A stretch of 64,000 bases of DNA from an uncultured Polyangiaceae bacterium (GCA_964195565.1 CAXMRN010000063.1:47701-111700); one strand, 5' to 3'; positions 21,026-31,176 are shown, counted from the first letter of the stretch. Notes: generated from the letters alone by a model not told the origin. Numbers and translations are program-made.

Positions 21026-21027
21026 AA

Positions 21028-21090
21028 GGGACACTCTCCGGGTCCTCAACCCTGCGGAATCAGGGCACTCCTGCGGCAAAGATCGCAGCG
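21028..21090 (+). repeat. Repeat unit copy A: GGGACACTCTCC-N33-GCGGCAAAGATCGCAGCG
   Basis: The unit starts 2 nt after the smc stop codon. By hand alignment, 55 of 63 positions match the reverse complement of 32568-32630. Confidence 0.7.
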
Positions 21091-21103
21091 TGCCCCGACG
21101 GGG

Positions 21104-23386
21104 CTAGCCAACGATCGCGTCGAGCGCGGTCGAGTGCGAGTGGGCGAGTTCCTCGACGGACACCTCGCAGGCGCCGTCGATGTTGAGCATCTCGCCTGTC
21201 ACGCGTCCGATCTTCTCGAACGGAACGCCGTAGCGCTTGCAGATGTCTCCCACCTCGCTGGCGTTGGCTGCCGATAGGCTGACGATGATGCGCGACGGCT
21301 CTTCGCTGAAGAGCAGAGCGTGTGCGGGGGCGTCCTCGCTCGAGGGGAGGGTGACGCGCGCGCCGTGCCCGTTTGCGATGCAAGCTTCGGCCACGCATAC
21401 GGCAAAGCCGCCATCACTGATGTCGTGCGCGCTCTTGAGCAATTTGCCGCGCGCGAGTTCCAGCGTCGCGTGCTGAAGGGCCGCCTCGGCTTCGAGGTCG
21501 ATCCCGACCGGCGCGCCAGTGATTGAGCCGGTGTGCTGGACGAGCCATTCCGAACCACCGAGGACGCCGCGAGAGGGCCTTCCAAGGTGCGCGATGACGT
21601 CGCCTTCGAGGACGAAGCCGAGCCCCAGTCGATGCTCGGGGTCTTCGAGCTGGCCGACCACGGCGACTGTCGGCGTCGGCAAGATCGCATTGCCGTCGGT
21701 TTCGTTGTAGAGGCTCACGTTGCCCGACACGACCGGCGCGCCAAGCGCCGTGCATGCCGCTGCCAGGCCGTCGACGGCCTGCGCGAACCGCCACATCTGC
21801 TCGGGAATCTCGGGATTACCGAAGTTGAGGCAGTCGGTGAGGCCCAACGGTTTGGCCCCAACGCACACGATGTTGCGGGTGCACTCGGCGACTGCCATCG
21901 CGGCTCCGCCGTAGGGGTCGAGCTCCACGTGCCGACCGTTGCAGTCGGACGAGATCGCGAGAAACTTCTCGCGCGTCCCCGAGGCGTCTTCGCAGAACAC
22001 GCGAACCACTGCCGCGTCGCCTTCACCCGGACCAAGGACGGTGCCGTCGCGGACGATGTGATCGTACTGACGCCAGATCCAAGAGCGGCTTCCGATGTTG
22101 GGCGAGCCGATCAATCGGACGAGTTCCGCGCCGAGGTCATCGGGGGCATCGCCGGTCATCGTCACCAAGGTCGCGCTCTCGGGGCGTGCTTCTTGCGGTC
22201 GATCGTACTTGGGGGCTGCATTCGTCAGAAGATCGACCGGCAGGTCCACCACCACGACCGGGTCCGGCTTACCGGTGCCGTCGAATGGGTCGTATCCCGG
22301 GGTGGCCTTGCACACGAAGCGGCTGGTGTCGGTCACGCGCCCCACAATCGATGCATCCAAATCCCACTTCTCGCAGACGTCGAAGACCTCTTGCTCGCGT
22401 CCCTCTTTGGCCACCATGAGCATGCGCTCCTGCGATTCGCTCAAGAGCATCTCGTACGGGCTGAGCGCTTTTGTGCGTCGCGGAATCGCGTCCAGGTCGA
22501 GCTCGATGCCGTTGCCGGCGCGGTCTGCCATTTCGACCGATGAGGAGGTGAGGCCCGCCGCGCCCATGTCTTGGACGCCTGAGAGACAGTCCGTCGCGAA
22601 GATCTCGAGACAGGCCTCGAGGAGCAGTTTCTCCATGAAGGGGTCGCCGACCTGCACAGTGGGGAGCTTGCTGTCCGTCTCCTCCCCGAACTCGGCACTG
22701 GCCATCGTCGCGCCGTGAATCCCGTCGCGGCCGGTCTTGGCCCCGACATAGATGATCGGATTTCCGACCCCTTCGGCGACCCCGAAGAAAAGCTCTTCGG
22801 TTCTGGCGACGCCGACGGTGAACGCGTTGACCAAGATGTTTCCGTCGTAGCTCGCGTCGAACTGGACTTCGCCGCCCACGGTCGGGACACCGATGCAGTT
22901 ACCGTAGCCGCCGATTCCGGCGACGACGCCCTTGAGCAGGTAAGGGGTCTTGGGATGGTCGGGTCGACCGAACCGTAGCGAGTTCAGAGACGCCACCGGT
23001 CGAGCGCCCATCGTGAAGACATCGCGCAAGATGCCGCCGACACCCGTCGCCGCGCCCTGGTACGGCTCGATGTAAGACGGATGATTGTGCGACTCCATCT
23101 TGAACACCGCGCAAAACCCGTCGCCGATGTCCACCGCGCCGGCGTTCTCGCCAGGCCCTTGAACCACCTGAGGCCCCGTCGTCGGCAGCCGTCCGAGGTG
23201 AATTCGCGATGACTTGTACGAGCAGTGCTCAGACCACATGACACTGATGACCCCGAGTTCCGCATAGCTCGGCGCGCGCGCTAGTGTACTCAGAACACGG
23301 TCCCATTCGTGCTCCGCCAACCCGAACTCGCGGGCGATTTCGGCAGAGCTGTCGGGCTCTCCAGGAAAGTTGGCTGGTGTGCTCAT
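21104..23386 (-). CDS. purL: Phosphoribosylformylglycinamidine synthase subunit PurL
   Basis: The 760-aa product has typical small-PurL blocks (HCSYKSS, ESHNHPS). Confidence 0.95.
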   Translation of the reverse strand: MSTPANFPGEPDSSAEIAREFGLAEHEWDRVLSTLARAPSYAELGVISVMWSEHCSYKSSRIHLGRLPTTGPQVVQGPGENAGAVDIGDGFCAVFKMESHNHPSYIEPYQGAATGVGGILRDVFTMGARPVASLNSLRFGRPDHPKTPYLLKGVVAGIGGYGNCIGVPTVGGEVQFDASYDGNILVNAFTVGVARTEELFFGVAEGVGNPIIYVGAKTGRDGIHGATMASAEFGEETDSKLPTVQVGDPFMEKLLLEACLEIFATDCLSGVQDMGAAGLTSSSVEMADRAGNGIELDLDAIPRRTKALSPYEMLLSESQERMLMVAKEGREQEVFDVCEKWDLDASIVGRVTDTSRFVCKATPGYDPFDGTGKPDPVVVVDLPVDLLTNAAPKYDRPQEARPESATLVTMTGDAPDDLGAELVRLIGSPNIGSRSWIWRQYDHIVRDGTVLGPGEGDAAVVRVFCEDASGTREKFLAISSDCNGRHVELDPYGGAAMAVAECTRNIVCVGAKPLGLTDCLNFGNPEIPEQMWRFAQAVDGLAAACTALGAPVVSGNVSLYNETDGNAILPTPTVAVVGQLEDPEHRLGLGFVLEGDVIAHLGRPSRGVLGGSEWLVQHTGSITGAPVGIDLEAEAALQHATLELARGKLLKSAHDISDGGFAVCVAEACIANGHGARVTLPSSEDAPAHALLFSEEPSRIIVSLSAANASEVGDICKRYGVPFEKIGRVTGEMLNIDGACEVSVEELAHSHSTALDAIVG

Positions 23387-24078
23387 TCGAAACCCAGGTG
23401 ACGCCGAAGCGATTTAAATAGAGTGAGCCCGTCGTCGTTACCGAGGATGGCTTCGCTTGCTCGTTCGGGGTGCGGCATCATGCCGAGAACGTTCTTGTCG
23501 CGGCTGTATACGCCCGCAATGTCGCCCACCGAGCCGTTTGGGTTGGCGTCGCTGCCGTTCGGGGGGTCGCCCTTTCGAGTGCAATAGCGGAATGCGATTT
23601 GCCCGTGGCGCTCGAGCTCCGCGAGGCCCTCGTCGGTCGTATGATAGCGGCCGTCCGCGTGTGCGATCGGCAAACGGAGGACCGTGCCCTCGCCCATGTC
23701 GGTGAACGGACCTTCGTTTGCGACCCGCAAGTGGATGTCGCGGCACTCGAAGCGAAGGTGAGCGTTGCGCGTCAACGCGCCTGGCAGGAGCCCCATTTCG
23801 GTGAGGATCTGGAAGCCGTTGCAGATTCCAAGGACCGGCCCGCCTCGGCCTGCAAACTCCCGAACAGCGTTGTCGATGGGGCTGAAGCCCGCGATCGCGC
23901 CGGCGCGCAGGTAGTCGCCGTAGGAGAAGCCTCCTGGGATCACGACGGCGTCCGCGTCGCCTAGGCTGGTCTCTTTGTGGAAGGCATACCAGGCGTCCGC
24001 GCCCAGGACGTCGCGCACCGCGTGCAGGGCGTCCCAGTCGGCATTTGAGCCAGGAAATTGTACGACAGCGACTCTCAT
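23383..24078 (-). CDS. purQ: Phosphoribosylformylglycinamidine synthase glutaminase subunit PurQ
   Basis: The track ORF is trimmed to [12 protein letters not shown]. Supporting blocks are GICNGFQ and MPHPER. The gene overlaps the purL start in an ATGA arrangement. Confidence 0.9.
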   Translation of the reverse strand: MRVAVVQFPGSNADWDALHAVRDVLGADAWYAFHKETSLGDADAVVIPGGFSYGDYLRAGAIAGFSPIDNAVREFAGRGGPVLGICNGFQILTEMGLLPGALTRNAHLRFECRDIHLRVANEGPFTDMGEGTVLRLPIAHADGRYHTTDEGLAELERHGQIAFRYCTRKGDPPNGSDANPNGSVGDIAGVYSRDKNVLGMMPHPERASEAILGNDDGLTLFKSLRRHLGFE

Positions 24079-24147
24079 CGGGCTTTCCGTTGTCCTCGGC
24101 GCGCGGAGCATAGATCGGACCGGGCTTCAGGCAACGCGGAAGCGACG

Positions 24148-24774
24148 CTACCTGATCAGCTGGAAATAACCGTGGGCGATAGCGTCATCGAGGCCGTCGA
24201 CCGGGGTGACCCTGAAGACGATCGTTCCGCGACAGGTCGACGCCCTCACGACCCCATACGCCCGGCTGTCTTGTCCTCTGTAGGCCCTGAAGTCGCCGAG
24301 TAAAAAGAGGTCGCCCTCGGGGACTTCGGTCTCGTGCACCAGGTGCTGGGCGTTCACCCCCATGAAGATGCCGTGCGCGTTGGGCCCAAATGACTCCTCG
24401 CCCCACACGACCGTCTTCTTCTGGTCCACGTCGGCGTTGTAGAACGTCGTTTCTCCGACCTGATTGAATACCACGGACTTTCCGTCGATCTTGAGCTCGC
24501 TTCCGAACGAATCGATGGTCATTCCTTCGGTCGCGGCGACCCGACCCACGACCCAACCATCCTCCGTGGGATGCCTGCAGACCGCGATGGAACCGATCTC
24601 CGGGGCAGCTCTCTTGTTGATCAGAACGCGCTCTCCTCGGAGCAATGTAGGGGCCATTCCGTTGTGTCCGACTTCCGCCATGTCGAACAGCAAGACCTTG
24701 AGCACCAGCGCAACGACGATGATGCCCGCACCCAACCACGACAGGCATCCGAGCCCACTGCGAACCGCTCCCAC
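24148..24774 (-). CDS. Signal peptidase I (S26) homologue, predicted catalytically inactive
   Basis: The GTG start is followed by an N-terminal TM segment. The S26 boxes are present, but with GHNGMAPTL in place of SM.PTL, VVGRVAATEG in place of .KR..G.PGD, and GDFRAYRGQDSR in place of GDNR.NS.DSR. Confidence 0.75.
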   Translation of the reverse strand: MGAVRSGLGCLSWLGAGIIVVALVLKVLLFDMAEVGHNGMAPTLLRGERVLINKRAAPEIGSIAVCRHPTEDGWVVGRVAATEGMTIDSFGSELKIDGKSVVFNQVGETTFYNADVDQKKTVVWGEESFGPNAHGIFMGVNAQHLVHETEVPEGDLFLLGDFRAYRGQDSRAYGVVRASTCRGTIVFRVTPVDGLDDAIAHGYFQLIR

Positions 24775-24782
24775 AACGCTCG

Positions 24783-25421
24783 CTATTCACCGTTTGCGAG
24801 GCTCTTGTCAAGCTCGCGCATGAACTCGGCCAGCGCCTCAGCTGGCTGCGTCGCCTCGTAGATCGCCCGGCGGATGGCAACGCCGAACGCGCCCGCCGCG
24901 AGCAAAGGTCCACAATCCCGGGCTTGAATGCCCCCCAACGCGTATGTCGGAATCCCGACATGGGCGATCTGGCTTTGAAAGCCATGGATGCCGATCGGCG
25001 GCGTCTTGCCGGGGACGTTGAAGATCGGGCTCAGGAACGCGTAGGTCGCGGAGTCTTGCTCGGCCGCGCGTAGGCCGGGCCGGTCGTGTCGCGAGACTCC
25101 AATCATCGCAGGAGACGGCCATTGCTGGCGGATCTCGGCGGCGGGCAGGCTGCGCTCGGGGAGGTGCACTCCGTCGGCGCCGACGATCTGCGCGACGTCC
25201 ACCCGACGATTGATCGCCAATGGGCTGCCTGCGGCATCGGTGAGCTCGCGAAGCTCGCGGCCCCAATCGACCAGTTGGCGATCCGACGCGTGCTTTGCTC
25301 TGAGTTGCACGCCCACCCGGCCTGGTGCGGAGGCCTCGAGTGCGCGGCGAACCGGGGCGACCGGGCCAGTCGGGTGGCTTGGGTCCGTGATGATCCAGAT
25401 CCGCGGAAGCGTTGGGCTCAT
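24783..25421 (-). CDS. thiE: Thiamine-phosphate synthase
   Basis: The product is 212 aa and ThiE-like. It lies downstream of thiG and thiS. Confidence 0.85.
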   Translation of the reverse strand: MSPTLPRIWIITDPSHPTGPVAPVRRALEASAPGRVGVQLRAKHASDRQLVDWGRELRELTDAAGSPLAINRRVDVAQIVGADGVHLPERSLPAAEIRQQWPSPAMIGVSRHDRPGLRAAEQDSATYAFLSPIFNVPGKTPPIGIHGFQSQIAHVGIPTYALGGIQARDCGPLLAAGAFGVAIRRAIYEATQPAEALAEFMRELDKSLANGE

Positions 25422-25431
25422 CGTCGTGGTG

Positions 25432-26229
25432 CTAGGAGCGGCCGTCTTGGTCCGAGCCGATGACGCCCTCGAGGGGACTCGACGCCGTGGCGTAGAGCTT
25501 GCGTTGGATTCGGCCGGCGAGGAACGCGTCGCGGCCGGCCTCGACGCCGGCTTTCATCGCGCGGGCCATCCGGACTGGGTCTTTCGCGCCGGCGATCGCG
25601 GTGTTCATCAAGACGCCATCGATGCCGAGCTCCATGGCGACCGCCGCATCGGACGCCGTGCCGACCCCCGCATCGACGATGACCGGCACGTTTGCATGTT
25701 TCACGATGATCTCGATGTTGAACGGGTTGCGGACGCCAAGGCCGCTGCCGATCGGCGCGGCAAGCGGCATGACCGCGGCGCAGCCGAGATCTTCCAGTCG
25801 TCGCGCGGCGACCGGATCATCGTTGAAATAGGGGAGGACGGTGAAACCTTCGTCCACCAGGGTCTTGGCGGCTTCGAGGGTTGCCGGCACGTCCGGGAAG
25901 AGGGTTTTCTCGTCGCCGATGACCTCGAGCTTCACCAAGGGGGTGTCGAGAAGCTCCCGTCCCAAGCGCGCAGTCCGGAGCGCATCGTCGGCCGTGTAGC
26001 AGCCCGCCGTATTCGGAAGGAGTGTGTAGTTACCTTCGCGTAGGACGGTCATGATCGAATCGGCTCCCGTCGCCTTCAAGTCGACGCGACGGACCGCGAC
26101 CGTGACTACTTCACAACCCGAGGCCCCTAGCGCGCCCCTCGCGGTATCGAGATCAGGGTACTTGCCGGTCCCCGTGAACAACCGCGAACGGAACTCGAAA
26201 CTGCCGATCTTCAGAACATCTTCGGACAC
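25432..26229 (-). CDS. thiG: Thiazole synthase
   Basis: The start codon is GTG. The sequence [19 protein letters not shown] is typical of ThiG. Confidence 0.9.
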   Translation of the reverse strand: MSEDVLKIGSFEFRSRLFTGTGKYPDLDTARGALGASGCEVVTVAVRRVDLKATGADSIMTVLREGNYTLLPNTAGCYTADDALRTARLGRELLDTPLVKLEVIGDEKTLFPDVPATLEAAKTLVDEGFTVLPYFNDDPVAARRLEDLGCAAVMPLAAPIGSGLGVRNPFNIEIIVKHANVPVIVDAGVGTASDAAVAMELGIDGVLMNTAIAGAKDPVRMARAMKAGVEAGRDAFLAGRIQRKLYATASSPLEGVIGSDQDGRS

Positions 26230-26430
26230 CTAACCGCCTCCTACGAAATGAACCACCTCGACCCGGTCGCCTTCGTGGAGTTCGGTACTCTCGTGCCGCG
26301 CGCGCGGCACGACGTCTTCGTTGCGCTCGACGGCGACCAGCGTGTCGGCCAGCCCCAGGGAGGCCAGCAGCTGCTTGACCGTCGTGCTTTTGCCGACCTG
26401 CCGTTCTTCGCCGTTGACCACGAGTCGCAT
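26230..26430 (-). CDS. thiS: Sulfur-carrier protein ThiS
   Basis: The track ORF is trimmed to the ATG at 26430. The 66-aa product runs [12 protein letters not shown]...HFVGGG and ends in Gly-Gly. Confidence 0.85.
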   Translation of the reverse strand: MRLVVNGEERQVGKSTTVKQLLASLGLADTLVAVERNEDVVPRARHESTELHEGDRVEVVHFVGGG

Positions 26431-26516
26431 CGACTGTGAGAGTAGGGCGGCCCCCACAACGCTGCAAGCGGGTTCGACGATGTGCGCGCCCATCGGCGGA
26501 TGATAGGCTCGGACGC

Positions 26517-27386
26517 GTGAAACGAATCGTGCAGGGAGACAATCTGGAGGTCCTCGAGACCCTCCCGCGCGAGCATGCTCGTCTGATTTACATCGACCCG
26601 CCGTTCAACACTGGGCGAAAACAGGCGCGCCAGCGCATGCAAGTTCGTGCAGCCGAGGACGGGGAGCGGCAAGGGTTCGGCGGGAGGCGCTACGAGGTCG
26701 AACGCCTCGACAGTCCGACGTACGAAGACGAGTTCGATGCGTACCTACCGTTCTTGATGAGCCGGATCGAAGCAGCGCTTCCGTGTCTGACCGCCGATGG
26801 GTCGCTCTTCGTGCATCTCGACTATCGGGAAGTGCACTACGTCAAGGTCGCGCTCGACCGCCTGTTGGGGCGCGATCGTTTTCGGAACGAGATCATTTGG
26901 GCGTACGATTTCGGAGGGCGACCGAAGCGCTGGTGGCCGGCAAAGCACGACACGCTTCTTTGGTACACCCTCGACCCCAAACGCTACGTGTTTCAGTTCG
27001 ATGAGATGGATCGGATTCCGTACATGGCGCCTGGGCTCGTCGGCAAAGAGAAGGCAGCGCGCGGCAAGACTCCGACCGACGTCTGGTGGCACACCATCGT
27101 TCCGACCAACGGCAAAGAGAAGACAGGGTATCCCACTCAGAAGCCGCTGGGGGTGCTGGAGCGGATCATCAAGGTGCACACTGAGCCGGGCGATACGGTC
27201 TTGGACTTCTTTGCGGGCAGCGGGACGACCGGCGAGGCCGCGGCGCGCAACGGCCGCGGATTCGTGCTCGTCGACGAGAGCCCGGACGCAGTCGAGGTCA
27301 TGCGAACCCGACTCGCCCAGTGGGAGCCCGAGGTCGAGGTGTTCAAGCGCGGTCAGCGCGGAACGAGCTCGACTTCGAACACGTGA
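26517..27386 (+). CDS. Beta-class N6-adenine/N4-cytosine DNA methyltransferase (orphan)
   Basis: Motif IV ([10 protein letters not shown]) comes before motif I ([13 protein letters not shown]). The start is uncertain: I prefer the GTG at 26517, while the track uses the GTG at 26436. Confidence 0.8.
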   Translation: MKRIVQGDNLEVLETLPREHARLIYIDPPFNTGRKQARQRMQVRAAEDGERQGFGGRRYEVERLDSPTYEDEFDAYLPFLMSRIEAALPCLTADGSLFVHLDYREVHYVKVALDRLLGRDRFRNEIIWAYDFGGRPKRWWPAKHDTLLWYTLDPKRYVFQFDEMDRIPYMAPGLVGKEKAARGKTPTDVWWHTIVPTNGKEKTGYPTQKPLGVLERIIKVHTEPGDTVLDFFAGSGTTGEAAARNGRGFVLVDESPDAVEVMRTRLAQWEPEVEVFKRGQRGTSSTSNT

Positions 27387-28252
27387 GGCCACAGCTTGCC
27401 GGTAAGCAGGAAGGTGTTCGACTCCGGTTTGTACGCGATCCCGTTGAGAACGTCCGCGCGCCTTGCCTCACTGCGCGTGAGGAGGCCGCTCGCGTCGATC
27501 GTCGCGGTGACGCGCCCGCTCTTTGCGTCAATGCGAAGGATCTCGTCGCGCCGCCAGATGTTCGCGTAGATCTCGGAACCGACGCATTCGAGCTCGTTGA
27601 GCTGTCGGACGGGCTGCCCGTTCTTCAATACGCTCACTTCACCGAGGAGCTCCATCGACTGCGGGTCGCGCAACTCCAGCATCGAGGAGCCATCGCTCAT
27701 CACCAACGCCGTCCCGTCGTAACAAAGGCCCCAGCCTTCACCCGCATATCGCAGGGTCTTGCGTTCTTCGAGCGTCCCGACGTCGGACACGAATGCGAGT
27801 CCTGCGCGCCAGGTGAGTTGAATCAAGCGATCGCCAATGCGCGCCAAGCCCTCGCCAAAGAACCTCGATTCGAGTTTACGCTGTGAGAGCACTTTGCCGT
27901 CCTCGAGTCGGACCCTGCGTATCGACGACCGTCCATACTGACCCGTGCTTTCGTACAAGGCGCCCGCGTGCCAGATGAGTCCCTGCGTGAAGGCGTCCGT
28001 CGCGTGCGGGTACTTGCGGATGACGTGTGCGCGGAGCTCCTCGATCTCGGGCGGCGCTACGGCCGGCAGGTTCTCGCCTGGCGCGACGGTGACCGGGCTG
28101 ACCGTCTCTTCGGGCCGCTCGCGCAAGCCCGGAGAGAGGGCGATGCCGACCGCGATGAGCCCTCCGGCGAGCATGCCGCCCCAGAGCACGCGCGAAGACC
28201 GCTGGTCGGCGCGCTTCACTGTCTCCGTGTGGCGTCGTTGAGCCCGTCCCAT
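27353..28252 (-). CDS. Glutaminyl-peptide cyclotransferase (beta-propeller type) with an N-terminal membrane anchor
   Basis: Supporting blocks are FTQGLIWHAGALYESTGQYGRSSIR and GEGWGLCYDG. The 3' end overlaps the methyltransferase by 34 nt in a convergent arrangement. Confidence 0.8.
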   Translation of the reverse strand: MGRAQRRHTETVKRADQRSSRVLWGGMLAGGLIAVGIALSPGLRERPEETVSPVTVAPGENLPAVAPPEIEELRAHVIRKYPHATDAFTQGLIWHAGALYESTGQYGRSSIRRVRLEDGKVLSQRKLESRFFGEGLARIGDRLIQLTWRAGLAFVSDVGTLEERKTLRYAGEGWGLCYDGTALVMSDGSSMLELRDPQSMELLGEVSVLKNGQPVRQLNELECVGSEIYANIWRRDEILRIDAKSGRVTATIDASGLLTRSEARRADVLNGIAYKPESNTFLLTGKLWPHVFEVELVPR

Positions 28253-28328
28253 GCGGTCGGGAGCCTAACCCCGCTGCGTGGGGACGCCAATGCTTGACGA
28301 GAGCGATGGCAACCGTTAGCTCCAAGCC

Positions 28329-29483
28329 GTGAAGTCCGATTCCCCTACGCCACTGAGGCCGCGCGTGCAGAGCGCGGACGCGTCCCTGAGGGCGACGCGT
28401 GCAGAGGTGTTGCTCGATGCGATCGGGCACAACTTGCAAGTCGTGCGAAGCGCGGCGAAGGGGCGCAAGGTCCTCGCGGTCGTCAAAGCCGATGCCTATG
28501 GGCATGGGGTGGTTCCCGTGGCGAAACGGTTGCAGGCGGACGGCGTCGATGGGTTCGGGGTGGCGCTCGCCGAGGAGGGCATCGAGCTTCGGGAGGCCGG
28601 CATCGACCGAGCGATTCTGGTGCTCAACGGGATCAGTGGCGGCGCCCATCGGGACATCATCGCGTCGGGGCTCACTCCCGTTCTGTACGAGCTTGCGGAA
28701 GCGAGCGCTTTTGAAGCGGTGTCGGGCGATCGGCCGATCGACGTGCATCTCAAGGTCGACACCGGGATGGGCCGTCTCGGCGTGCCGCTTGGCGAACTGA
28801 CCGAGTTCCTTCGGGAGCTTCGGCGGTTCCCTTCGATTCGGATCGCGGGCCTCATGACCCATCTGTCGACGGCTGATGCCGATCCCGACTACGTGGCGGA
28901 ACAGATCGCCGGCTTCGCGCACGCGCAGGGCCTCGTTCGACGCTTTGGCCATGAGCCAGCGGTTCTGCACGCCGCGAATAGCGCGGCTTGTTTCCGCCAC
29001 CCGGAGACCCACTTCGATTGGGTGCGCCCGGGGCTGGCACTCTACGGTTACCCAGGCTCCGACGCGGTGGACGCTCCACTTCGGCCTGCCATGCGGTGGC
29101 GTACCGAAGTGCTTCGAGTACGGACGCTGCAGCCCGGAGAGTCTGCTGGGTATGGGCGCTCGTTTAGAGCCTCCGTGCCTACGCGCCTCGCCACCATTCC
29201 GGTGGGCTATGGCGACGGCCTGCTGCGCTCCGCCTCGAACCGCGGCCAAGTCTTGATCCGGGGTGTCCGGTGCCCGATCGTCGGCAACATCGCGATGGAC
29301 CTCACCACCATCGACGTGTCCGACGTTGTCGGCGCGACGATCGGCGACGAAGCGTTGCTGCTGGGGGAGCAGGGCGGTGCGGTCCTCGATGCACGCGACC
29401 TCGCAAAGGCGGCCGGAACCATTCCGTATGAAGTGTTGACGAACGTGTCGCGCCGAGTCCCTCGCGTCTATTTGAATGGCTGA
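28329..29483 (+). CDS. alr: Alanine racemase
   Basis: The start codon is GTG. The PLP-lysine motif AVVKADAYGHG is present. Confidence 0.9.
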   Translation: MKSDSPTPLRPRVQSADASLRATRAEVLLDAIGHNLQVVRSAAKGRKVLAVVKADAYGHGVVPVAKRLQADGVDGFGVALAEEGIELREAGIDRAILVLNGISGGAHRDIIASGLTPVLYELAEASAFEAVSGDRPIDVHLKVDTGMGRLGVPLGELTEFLRELRRFPSIRIAGLMTHLSTADADPDYVAEQIAGFAHAQGLVRRFGHEPAVLHAANSAACFRHPETHFDWVRPGLALYGYPGSDAVDAPLRPAMRWRTEVLRVRTLQPGESAGYGRSFRASVPTRLATIPVGYGDGLLRSASNRGQVLIRGVRCPIVGNIAMDLTTIDVSDVVGATIGDEALLLGEQGGAVLDARDLAKAAGTIPYEVLTNVSRRVPRVYLNG

Positions 29484-29515
29484 CGTCTCGAGCCCGAACC
29501 GTGTTATGACGCCTC

Positions 29516-30364
29516 GTGCCTGACGCCGCGCCCACTGCGTCCACGACCGACGAAAAAGCGCCGAAGCTCCGCGCAGCGGCACGTGGCGTGGGCGAGTGGA
29601 TCGCCAAGGTGCTCTTGTCGCCTTTCGTTGAGATCGGCGCGCTCGGGAAGCTTCTTTGGGAGACGGTTTTTTGGGGGATCCGTCCGCCCTACCGCGCTCG
29701 GCTCCTCGTCGAATCGATGGAGTTCATCGGCATCGGCTCGATATTCATCATCTCGTTGACGGCGTTCTTCGTCGGAGCGGTGCTCGCCCTGCAGCTCGTC
29801 GACGGCTTTCGTGATTTCGGCGCCGAGAGCCAAAGCGGGGCTGTCATCGGCCTAGCGTTGGCCAGGGAGGTCGGACCGGTCTTCGCCGCTCTCATGGTCA
29901 CGAGCCGGGCAGGCAGCGCGATGACGACCGAGATCGGATCCATGCGGGTCACCAATCAGATAGACGCGCTGGTCACGATGGCGGTCAATCCGGTGCAGTA
30001 CTTGGTCGTGCCGCGAGTGGTTGCAGGGTTCGTGATGCTGCCGGTGTTGACGATGCTGTTCAACATCGTCGGCGTGTTCGGCGCGTTCCTCGTGGCCGTG
30101 TCTCTGCTTGGCCTCGACCCTGGCGTGTTCATGGACCGGTTGAAGTGGCTGGTCGATTGGGAGGACGTCTCGCAGGGATTGATCAAAGCGATGGTGTTCG
30201 GCGTTGCGGTGTCTTTGATCGCGTGCCGACAGGGATTCTACGCGAAGGGCGGCGCAGCCGGCGTAGGGCGCGCGACCAATCGCGCGGTTGTGCAGAGCGC
30301 CATTGCAATCCTCATGCTGGACTATCTCGTGACGGGCCTCGTCTTGGGGCAGGGGCTCTTCTGA
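29516..30364 (+). CDS. mlaE: MlaE-family ABC transporter permease
   Basis: The start codon is GTG. The product is a polytopic, MlaE/Ttg2B-like protein (REVGPVFAALMVTSRAGSAMT). Confidence 0.8.
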   Translation: MPDAAPTASTTDEKAPKLRAAARGVGEWIAKVLLSPFVEIGALGKLLWETVFWGIRPPYRARLLVESMEFIGIGSIFIISLTAFFVGAVLALQLVDGFRDFGAESQSGAVIGLALAREVGPVFAALMVTSRAGSAMTTEIGSMRVTNQIDALVTMAVNPVQYLVVPRVVAGFVMLPVLTMLFNIVGVFGAFLVAVSLLGLDPGVFMDRLKWLVDWEDVSQGLIKAMVFGVAVSLIACRQGFYAKGGAAGVGRATNRAVVQSAIAILMLDYLVTGLVLGQGLF

Positions 30365-31176
30365 TGAAGGTCTTTCGAGGCAACTTGATGCGATTGACTC
30401 GGCCGCCGCTGCCCCCGCAGGTAAAGGACGATCCCGTTCATGTCCGGATTCGCGACGTGCACAAAACGTACGGGGATCAGCACGTCCTCGACAGCGTTTC
30501 ACTCGACATCCATCGCGGAAAGACAAACCTGATCATCGGGCCCTCCGGGTCAGGTAAGACCGTTCTGATGCGCCAACTGATCCGTTTGGAGAAGCCTGAT
30601 TCGGGCCAGCTCCTCGTCAACGGGGTGGACTTCGCCAAGCTCGAGGGCCTCGACCTCGCCGCCATGCGACGCACGTTCGGGATGGTATTTCAGATGTCGG
30701 CCCTCTTCGACTCCATGACGGTGTTCGACAACGTGGCGTTCCCAGTGAGAGAGCATACCGATCTGTCACGCAAAGAGGTGCGGGACCGCGTGATGGATCG
30801 CCTGGCGGCCCTCGGGATCGCAGGCGCGGCCCAAAAGCTCCCCGCCCAGCTCTCCGGAGGCATGCAGAAGCGTGTCGCGGTGGCGCGCGCCATGATCCTC
30901 GAAAGCGAGATCCTGATCTACGACGAGCCCACCACCGGCCTCGATCCGATCACCACCGAGATGGTCGACGACCTAATCGTCGAAGCGGAGGAAATGTTCG
31001 GCGTCACCTCCATCGTCATCAGCCACGACATGGCGTCGGTGGTACGCATCGCCGACCACCTCAGCTTCCTCCACCAAGGCCAAATCGCCGCCACCGGCAC
31101 CCCCCAAGAACTCCTCCACACCGACCACCCCGCCACAGCAGAGTTCATCCGAGCCTCCAGAGTAACCCTCGACTAA
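30364..31176 (+). CDS. mlaF: MlaF-like ABC transporter ATP-binding protein
   Basis: Track ORF 30145.. is trimmed to the ATG that overlaps the mlaE stop (ATGA). Walker A GPSGSGKT, the signature LSGGMQKR and Walker B ILIYDEPT are all present. Confidence 0.85.
   Translation: MKVFRGNLMRLTRPPLPPQVKDDPVHVRIRDVHKTYGDQHVLDSVSLDIHRGKTNLIIGPSGSGKTVLMRQLIRLEKPDSGQLLVNGVDFAKLEGLDLAAMRRTFGMVFQMSALFDSMTVFDNVAFPVREHTDLSRKEVRDRVMDRLAALGIAGAAQKLPAQLSGGMQKRVAVARAMILESEILIYDEPTTGLDPITTEMVDDLIVEAEEMFGVTSIVISHDMASVVRIADHLSFLHQGQIAATGTPQELLHTDHPATAEFIRASRVTLD

Noticed and set aside
24079-24147. Expected purS upstream of purQ
   Set aside because: Only 69 bp separate purQ from the S26-like gene, and there is no purS-like ORF. 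purS is probably encoded elsewhere. I noted this as context and do not treat it as a finding.
26431-26600. Possible TPP riboswitch upstream of thiS
   Set aside because: I read both strands and found no CUGAGA...ACCUGAUCUGG-type THI-box core. The space is also occupied by the divergent methyltransferase frame. A covariance-model scan would settle this.
28293-28322. TTGACG-N17-TAGCTC upstream of alr, which would imply a nearly leaderless alr mRNA
   Set aside because: The -10 element is poor and there is no independent support. This is speculative.
27876-29582. A 568-aa minus-strand ORF, among the longest non-annotated ORFs in the track
   Set aside because: It lies antisense to alr and to the intergenic region. 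Its composition is Arg/Pro/Gly/Ala-rich and low in complexity, and its third codon positions mirror the sense gene. This is a typical stop-free antisense frame in GC-rich DNA.
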